Below are positions 34,289 to 38,749 of a DNA stretch of 38,749 nt, piece after piece. Under the pieces are notes generated by a model. That model did no database searches, had not been told where the DNA came from, and worked only from the letters and a program-made list of their open reading frames with translations. This DNA comes from Nanobdellota archaeon. Its GTDB lineage: Archaea > Nanobdellota > Nanobdellia > Woesearchaeales > SKGA01. The position numbers and the translations under genes are program-made. Numbering within the stretch: the stretch's first letter is position 1; each line of letters begins with the position of its first letter. The stretch is from positions 1 through 38,749 of the forward strand of contig JAGQJW010000001.1 of NCBI GenBank assembly GCA_020430425.1. Direction: 5' to 3'.

Positions 34289-34513
34289 ATGGAAGAAAAA
34301 TCTCCGGTATTCATTAAGATCGACAAGTATCGTCAGGTGCTTGATGTTGTTGATGTGCTGAAAAAGCAAGTTGATGATGTAAGATCTACCTTGCAGCAGA
34401 TCAAACAGTTAAAGACACAAGAGGAGGAAGAGATACGGATTTGGGAAGCAAACATTGCTGAAGTAGAGAAAAAAATTCTCTTTGTTGACCAGACCCTATT
34501 TGAACCGGAATAG
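34289..34513 (+). CDS. Hypothetical 74-aa coiled-coil protein (paralogue 2)
   Basis: SD AGGTG 5 nt upstream. PVFIKIDKYRQVLDVVDVLKKQVDDV... followed by heptad-like repeats. Confidence 0.6.
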   Translation: MEEKSPVFIKIDKYRQVLDVVDVLKKQVDDVRSTLQQIKQLKTQEEEEIRIWEANIAEVEKKILFVDQTLFEPE

Positions 34514-34516
34514 AAA

Positions 34517-34924
34517 ATGAGTGATCAAGACCATCCCTTCTTCGTGAGGATATCGGCGCCAGACATGCTTCGCGTCTCTTTATTAGAGTCATCAAAATTG
34601 GTGCTTCATGGTCTTCAATCATACTACAAGGTCTCTTCGATTCGTAAGAAAAAAACAGAATCTTTAGAGATGCTCAAGAGTGAAGTCAAGGAACTGGTTC
34701 TTCTCATGGGAAAATTAGAGAGTATGCTTCCATATCAGGATATTCTCACTAAAGAATTGATGCCGACACAGGCGAAGATGTCAAAAGGTTCTCGTCCAAA
34801 ACAGACGATGACCAATGCACAGAAGGAAGTAGTGGCAACTGATGTGACTCCTTCTTTTAGTGAGATTGATCGCCTTAACAGGGCTCTGGCTTCTATTGAA
34901 GAGAAGCTTAATCGCATCGGATAG
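34517..34924 (+). CDS. Hypothetical 135-aa coiled-coil protein (paralogue 3)
   Basis: Starts 4 nt after the previous stop. PFFVRISAPDMLRVSLLESSKLVLHGL...IRKKKTESLEMLKSEVKELVLLMGKLESMLP. Confidence 0.6.
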   Translation: MSDQDHPFFVRISAPDMLRVSLLESSKLVLHGLQSYYKVSSIRKKKTESLEMLKSEVKELVLLMGKLESMLPYQDILTKELMPTQAKMSKGSRPKQTMTNAQKEVVATDVTPSFSEIDRLNRALASIEEKLNRIG

Positions 34925-35005
34925 CTCTCCTCTCCTTCTGGATAGATTTTTAAAGGAACTCTTATTTCTGAGTACTAGTCTCGATCGTTCCAAAATTTTT
35001 CATAT

Positions 35006-35144
35006 GCGGGGATGCCGGAGCGGTCAAACGGGACAGACTCAAGGCATTTGAGTGATGAGTGTTGCTTTTTGCAATGCGATGACTACATCTATGTGAGCAA
35101 TCTGTTGGCACATGCCTTCAAGGGTTCGAATCCCTTTCCCCGCA
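35006..35144 (+). tRNA. tRNA-Leu(CAA) with a 56-nt intron at the canonical 37/38 position (intron 35044-35099)
   Basis: Acceptor GCGGGGA/TCCCCGC plus discriminator A. 3-bp D stem CCG/CGG with GAGCGGTCAAA loop. Anticodon stem ACAGA/TCTGT, loop CU-CAA-G|..|A. Long variable arm UGGCACAUGCCUUC. T arm AAGGG-UUCGAAU-CCCUU. Bulge-helix-bulge: CUCA/UGAG helix flanked by AG|G and CA|A bulges. No encoded CCA. Confidence 0.9.
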
Positions 35145-35146
35145 TC

Positions 35147-35151
35147 TTTTT
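35147..35151 (+). terminator. Oligo-T after the tRNA
   Basis: TTTTT starting 3 nt after the discriminator base. Confidence 0.35.
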
Positions 35152-35192
35152 CTGAAAAACAAGGCATCTCTCCTTTGTCTCAAGTATTTCTT

Positions 35193-35519
35193 CTAGCTAA
35201 AGAACAATGCAATGTCTGCTGCGATAAATTCCAAGAGGATATTAAGAAATGGTATAAGTGAAAGGATAATTGCCATTCTATATTTTTTATTTTTGAGACT
35301 GAACCAGCTTGCCGCACTTGAAATAGTGAGTACGAAAGGATATGTCAAGAGGTTGTAATAAAGAATGTTTGCGACAAGTATGTTGTCTGTTGGTAACGTT
35401 GAAACTTCTTGAGTGAGAAAAATGATCATAATGACTATAGGTATAAGAAAGATACCCCATATTCCTGTAAGTATGAAGACGATTTGGTGACTAATTTTCT
35501 CAAGTGTTCTTTCATCCAT
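35193..35519 (-). CDS. Hypothetical small membrane protein (about 3 TM)
   Basis: Hydrophobic segments only. Its start is 1 nt after the kef-type gene stop, which suggests translational coupling. Confidence 0.45.
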   Translation of the reverse strand: MDERTLEKISHQIVFILTGIWGIFLIPIVIMIIFLTQEVSTLPTDNILVANILYYNLLTYPFVLTISSAASWFSLKNKKYRMAIILSLIPFLNILLEFIAADIALFFS

Positions 35520-35520
35520 T

Positions 35521-37254
35521 TTAGTGATAATTTCTCTCTTCGTAGAGCTCTCCTAAATGCTTTTCTCGTTCGTATTCGAATCGCTTATGGTCATCCATGA
35601 ACTCTTTGAAGAGGGTTTCAAGGTGACTTGCTCCTAGATGGTGGGGCACGATGACATAATCCGCTCCGAGCTCGTAGAGTTCTATAGCCTCGTGTCGTTC
35701 TTCTACTGTTAATATTATGATGCCCCTAGGATTTAAGTGTTTGTAATTTTGAAGGATAGTTCTATTGATGATTGCATCAGGAATAGTTGATATGATCATG
35801 TTCATATCCTTAAAGTCAAATTCGCTTAAGAATTCAATGTTAGACACGTCTCCAAAGATCGCCTCTTTATGTTCCTTTTTGAGTTTTCGTATGATTTCTG
35901 GATCCTGATCCACAATCAGATAGGTGAGTCCCGTATGTTGTATTTCTCTAAGAACATGAGGTCCGATTCTTCGGTATCCGAATATGCCAATATCATGTTT
36001 TTGTCCTTGAATGCCCTGTAATGAATCTTTTACTTTTTTCTTTTCTAGTTTTTTGAAGAGTGGTCCAAAAAGGGAATAGAGCTTTTCTCCATATACTACA
36101 AGATAGGTTGAACCAGTAATGGTGATGATGGCGATGAGGGTGACGAGGGAAAGTTCATGAATGCTAAGTAATCCTGCTTTTTGACCTAGTAATACGAGAA
36201 TGATGGAGAACTCACTGATTTGACTGACTGTAAGTCCTGCTAAGAATCCTGTTCGCGATGAGTATCCAAAAAAAGTGATAAGTACGAGGACAATAAGAGG
36301 GTTTCCGATAAGAACAAAAAGAGATAAGATGATTGCCTGCGGCGCTATTGGTCCTAATGTCTGGACAATATAGCTCCATTCACTCCCAAATACGATTGCT
36401 GTATCTGGTGCTGGTATTAGCTGTGTTCCTAAGAATACAAAGAACAAGATGATGAAGAAATCTCTAAGAGGTTTGATTCTGCTACTTATCTCTTGCTGAT
36501 AAGGTGTACTTGCTAGCACTATTCCTGCTAGGAGTGCTCCAATTTCTAAGGAAAAACCGATGGCCTCAAAGAGAATAGAAATGCCAAAACACCAAGCAAG
36601 TATGAAAAGAAAGTTCAGTTCTTTAAATGGTGTGATTATTTTTAGTAATTTCGAGAGAAACGGTTTTGCTCCAAAAAATATTCCTAAAATACAAATAACT
36701 CCTAAGACTACGGTTTGCACGATTAAGGTCCAGGATCCTGAACCCTTTGAAAGAGTGCCAATGATCATAAGGATGATAACTGCTACGACGTCTTGAACGA
36801 GTAAAAATCCTAGAGATATTTTTCCATAGAGTTGCTCAAGTCCTTTCTTATCTGAAAGCAATTTTACGATGATAATGGTGGAACTAAATGTCAATGCTAC
36901 AGCTACCAGCAATGCAGGTATCCAGGACATTCCTAATAATAGATTAAGTAGCACTCCAAAGATGGTGGTGAAAACAATTTGTCCAATACCAGTAATTAGG
37001 GAAATAGTTCCTACTTCTTTGATTAGCTTAAAATTGAGTTGAAGTCCCACAATGAAGAGCAAAAAGGCAACGCCTATATGGGAAAAAACTTCGTAGCTTT
37101 CAGGATTTGATAATAGGTTAAAAAATATAGGTCCAGCAACAACTCCTGTTAGGATGTATCCTACTAGGAGGGGTTGTTTTATTCTGTTCATAATCAAGGA
37201 TGTGATAAATGTAACAATGAGAATAATTGCTAGTTCAGCAAATAATGAAGCCAT
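35521..37254 (-). CDS. Kef-type (CPA2) monovalent cation:proton antiporter with a C-terminal RCK/TrkA-N domain
   Basis: IKQPLLVGYILTGVVAGP, multiple TM segments, then a Rossmann-like IGIFGYRRIGPHVLREI...YLIVDQD...GADYVIVPHHL. Confidence 0.88.
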   Translation of the reverse strand: MASLFAELAIILIVTFITSLIMNRIKQPLLVGYILTGVVAGPIFFNLLSNPESYEVFSHIGVAFLLFIVGLQLNFKLIKEVGTISLITGIGQIVFTTIFGVLLNLLLGMSWIPALLVAVALTFSSTIIIVKLLSDKKGLEQLYGKISLGFLLVQDVVAVIILMIIGTLSKGSGSWTLIVQTVVLGVICILGIFFGAKPFLSKLLKIITPFKELNFLFILAWCFGISILFEAIGFSLEIGALLAGIVLASTPYQQEISSRIKPLRDFFIILFFVFLGTQLIPAPDTAIVFGSEWSYIVQTLGPIAPQAIILSLFVLIGNPLIVLVLITFFGYSSRTGFLAGLTVSQISEFSIILVLLGQKAGLLSIHELSLVTLIAIITITGSTYLVVYGEKLYSLFGPLFKKLEKKKVKDSLQGIQGQKHDIGIFGYRRIGPHVLREIQHTGLTYLIVDQDPEIIRKLKKEHKEAIFGDVSNIEFLSEFDFKDMNMIISTIPDAIINRTILQNYKHLNPRGIIILTVEERHEAIELYELGADYVIVPHHLGASHLETLFKEFMDDHKRFEYEREKHLGELYEERNYH

Positions 37255-37351
37255 ACGCTTTTATTTATAAACTTCCTTTAAGAATGTTGTGAATAATTCT
37301 TGATTTGACTTGTTTCTTAAGTTTCCTTTTTATCTTGAAAAGTTCAGTTTC

Positions 37352-37705
37352 TTAGATAACTAGAATTTGGTAGCCTTTCCCTTCAAGCAACTTCAAGAAC
37401 TCATCAAGTAATCCTTCTTGGTATCCTGGACACCAGCTTGCAACTAGCAAAGTTTTCCCTTTTTCATAGAGGGGGAATTCTCGACATGCTTTAGGCCGTT
37501 TCTCATAGACCGAGCAGGCGTTGTTGTTATCAAGATGCATACAAGGTGGCGTAAGGTTGATGAGTCCTTCTGTTGTTCCGAAAAGTTCTGCTTCCTTTTC
37601 TGAGACTGGCAAGTACCCTCTTTTGCAGCACTGTGCTTTGCACGCACGCATGCAGAACGGACCAAGACTATTCCTAGCCGTATCCACGAGAGAAGCCTCT
37701 TCCAC
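37352..37705 (-). CDS. YkgJ-family (UPF0153) Cys-cluster zinc/iron-chelating protein
   Basis: CMRACKAQCCKRGYL (CxxxCxxxCC) and ACSVYEKRPKACREFPLY. Confidence 0.75.
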   Translation of the reverse strand: MEEASLVDTARNSLGPFCMRACKAQCCKRGYLPVSEKEAELFGTTEGLINLTPPCMHLDNNNACSVYEKRPKACREFPLYEKGKTLLVASWCPGYQEGLLDEFLKLLEGKGYQILVI

Positions 37706-37764
37706 GAAACCAATCCTTTTCCCAGTTCTCTCTAAGAACTTTTATTTAAACTAGATGGAAAAGT

Positions 37765-38749
37765 CTATTCATAGCGTAGTGCATCGACGGGTTTGAGCTT
37801 TGATCCTTGGTATGCCGGTATAATTCCTGATGCTATCCCTATCACTACGGATACGGAAAGTGCAAGAACGATGGAGTTGAGTGAGACAAAGGTCCCTCCT
37901 CGAAGAATTGCCGTCTCTCCGACAAGTGCTGACAGGCTTCCTGAAAGAATGATTCCCAGGACAATTCCCAAGACTCCTCCAACAAGACCGATGAGTGCCG
38001 CATTGAGCAGGAAGATGGACATGATATCTTTATTTCTTGCCCCGATAGCTTTCATGATACCGATTTCTTTTGTCTTTTCAAGGACTGAGGTGAACATAGT
38101 GTTGGCGATTCCCACTGCACCGACGATGAGTGAGACTGCAGCAATTGCAAGAAGAAAATTGTTCATTGATGACATCATCTCTGTTCTGGTCTCCTGTGCG
38201 AGTTTGCTTGATGTCAAAGAAAAGTCTTGAGTCTTTTCTGTTACGTGTCTGGTTAGACGTAGCTTCTCTTCGATCTTATCCATAGTTTCTTCAAGCTGAT
38301 CTTCATCCTTTATTTTGATGACGATGGTGTCATAGACTCCATTTTCCTTGTCGTCAAGGACTTGGTATGCTGATTGGATGGGCATATAGATGCTTGTTGA
38401 GGTGTCATCGAGAATACCTACGACTCGAAAGACATTATCTTCGATAGTAACCATTTGATTGATTCCGATTGGTTTGTCAAAATAATCCTCTGCTAGTCTT
38501 CCTCCTATCACAATGACATTGGAGTCTGCGGAGTCAAGCATTCGACCTTCAGCAATCTCATCGGTAGTAATTCTTGACCAAACCTTTTGGTCTACACCTG
38601 TAAGCTGGACGCTCCCTGATTTTCCCAGATAGGTCACTTCAACGTTTCCGCTGATTTGTGTATCAATAAGATCTATGTCTGGTATGCTCTTGAGTGCAAG
38701 GACATCTGTCCTTTCAAGGGTCGGTTCTTCATCTGTAGCTGAAGCTGCG
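37765..38749 (-). CDS. ABC transporter permease, FtsX/MacB type; N-terminus lies beyond the window end
   Basis: FtsX domain MKAIGARNKDIMSIFLLNAALIGLVGGVLGI...PAYQGSKLKPVDALRYE. My translation shows the frame stays open from 38637 to 38748 (..LKSIPDIDLIDTQISGNVEVTYLGK..), so the GTG at 38637 is not the real start. Confidence 0.85.
   Translation of the reverse strand, partial: AASATDEEPTLERTDVLALKSIPDIDLIDTQISGNVEVTYLGKSGSVQLTGVDQKVWSRITTDEIAEGRMLDSADSNVIVIGGRLAEDYFDKPIGINQMVTIEDNVFRVVGILDDTSTSIYMPIQSAYQVLDDKENGVYDTIVIKIKDEDQLEETMDKIEEKLRLTRHVTEKTQDFSLTSSKLAQETRTEMMSSMNNFLLAIAAVSLIVGAVGIANTMFTSVLEKTKEIGIMKAIGARNKDIMSIFLLNAALIGLVGGVLGIVLGIILSGSLSALVGETAILRGGTFVSLNSIVLALSVSVVIGIASGIIPAYQGSKLKPVDALRYE

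Noticed and set aside
35052-35099. Possible C/D-box sRNA inside the tRNA-Leu intron (GUGAUGA at 35052-35058, CGAUGA at 35077-35082)
   Set aside because: I found no CUGA D or D' boxes in the required positions; the only candidate near the 3' end is GUGA, which is also needed for the BHB helix. The spacing does not fit the C-guide-D'-C'-guide-D layout either. I kept it only as a note in the intron finding.
37793-38230. 145-aa plus-strand ORF antisense to the FtsX permease. Similar antisense or alternative-frame ORFs occur at 27416-27841, 26650-27045, 20971-21375, 32392-32889, 2371-2829 and 4981-5337.
   Set aside because: All lie entirely inside genes with strong family signatures, have biased composition and lack translation signals. 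I treat them as non-coding shadows.

Overview
This window looks like an archaeal chromosome segment, probably from a small-genome DPANN-type archaeon. Support for that call:
- archaeal/eukaryotic-type ribosomal proteins (S4e, L32e, L19e, L34e, L14e), aSUI1, Rpp29, Pelota, RadA/RadB, Hef and a fused PriS-PriL primase
- very tight gene packing with many 1-23 nt overlaps
- GGTGA/GGAGG Shine-Dalgarno sites and TTTATAA-type TATA boxes
- moderately AT-rich composition by eye (not computed)

Layout:
- **1-3440 (+):** 5'-truncated Hef helicase-nuclease, then the primase.
- **3668-19056 (+):** the ribosomal-protein superoperon (L3 through L15), then SecY, a DUF106/YidC-like insertase, DHFR, L34e and L14e.
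- **19046-19976:** a divergent coiled-coil/HTH gene, and an intergenic region packed with GAGAC-core repeats.
- **19977-25322 (+):** small PC4-like protein, RadA, Pelota, an Arm/Rmt (FmrO)-family 16S rRNA methyltransferase homologue, a TrmB-family regulator, a TRAM protein and S2.
- **25309-33169 (-):** HAD hydrolase, RadB, two hypotheticals, GyrA, an unannotated 48-aa zinc ribbon, ScpB, a wHTH hypothetical and a secreted membrane-anchored protein.
- **33312-34924 (+):** three tandem paralogous coiled-coil proteins, one carrying a long acidic disordered region.
- **35006-35144 (+):** intron-containing tRNA-Leu(CAA).
- **35193-38749 (-):** small membrane protein, Kef-type antiporter, YkgJ-type Cys-cluster protein and a partial FtsX-type ABC permease.

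I saw no CRISPR array, rRNA, transposase or recognisable defence system.

The most unusual items are:
- the GAGAC iteron-like array
- the three-gene coiled-coil module
- the Arm/Rmt-type methyltransferase coupled to pelota
- deviations in normally invariant motifs: RadA Walker A, uL2 GGG, uS14 zinc site and the Hef ERK motif

All functional calls rest on motif recognition by eye. No database search was run.
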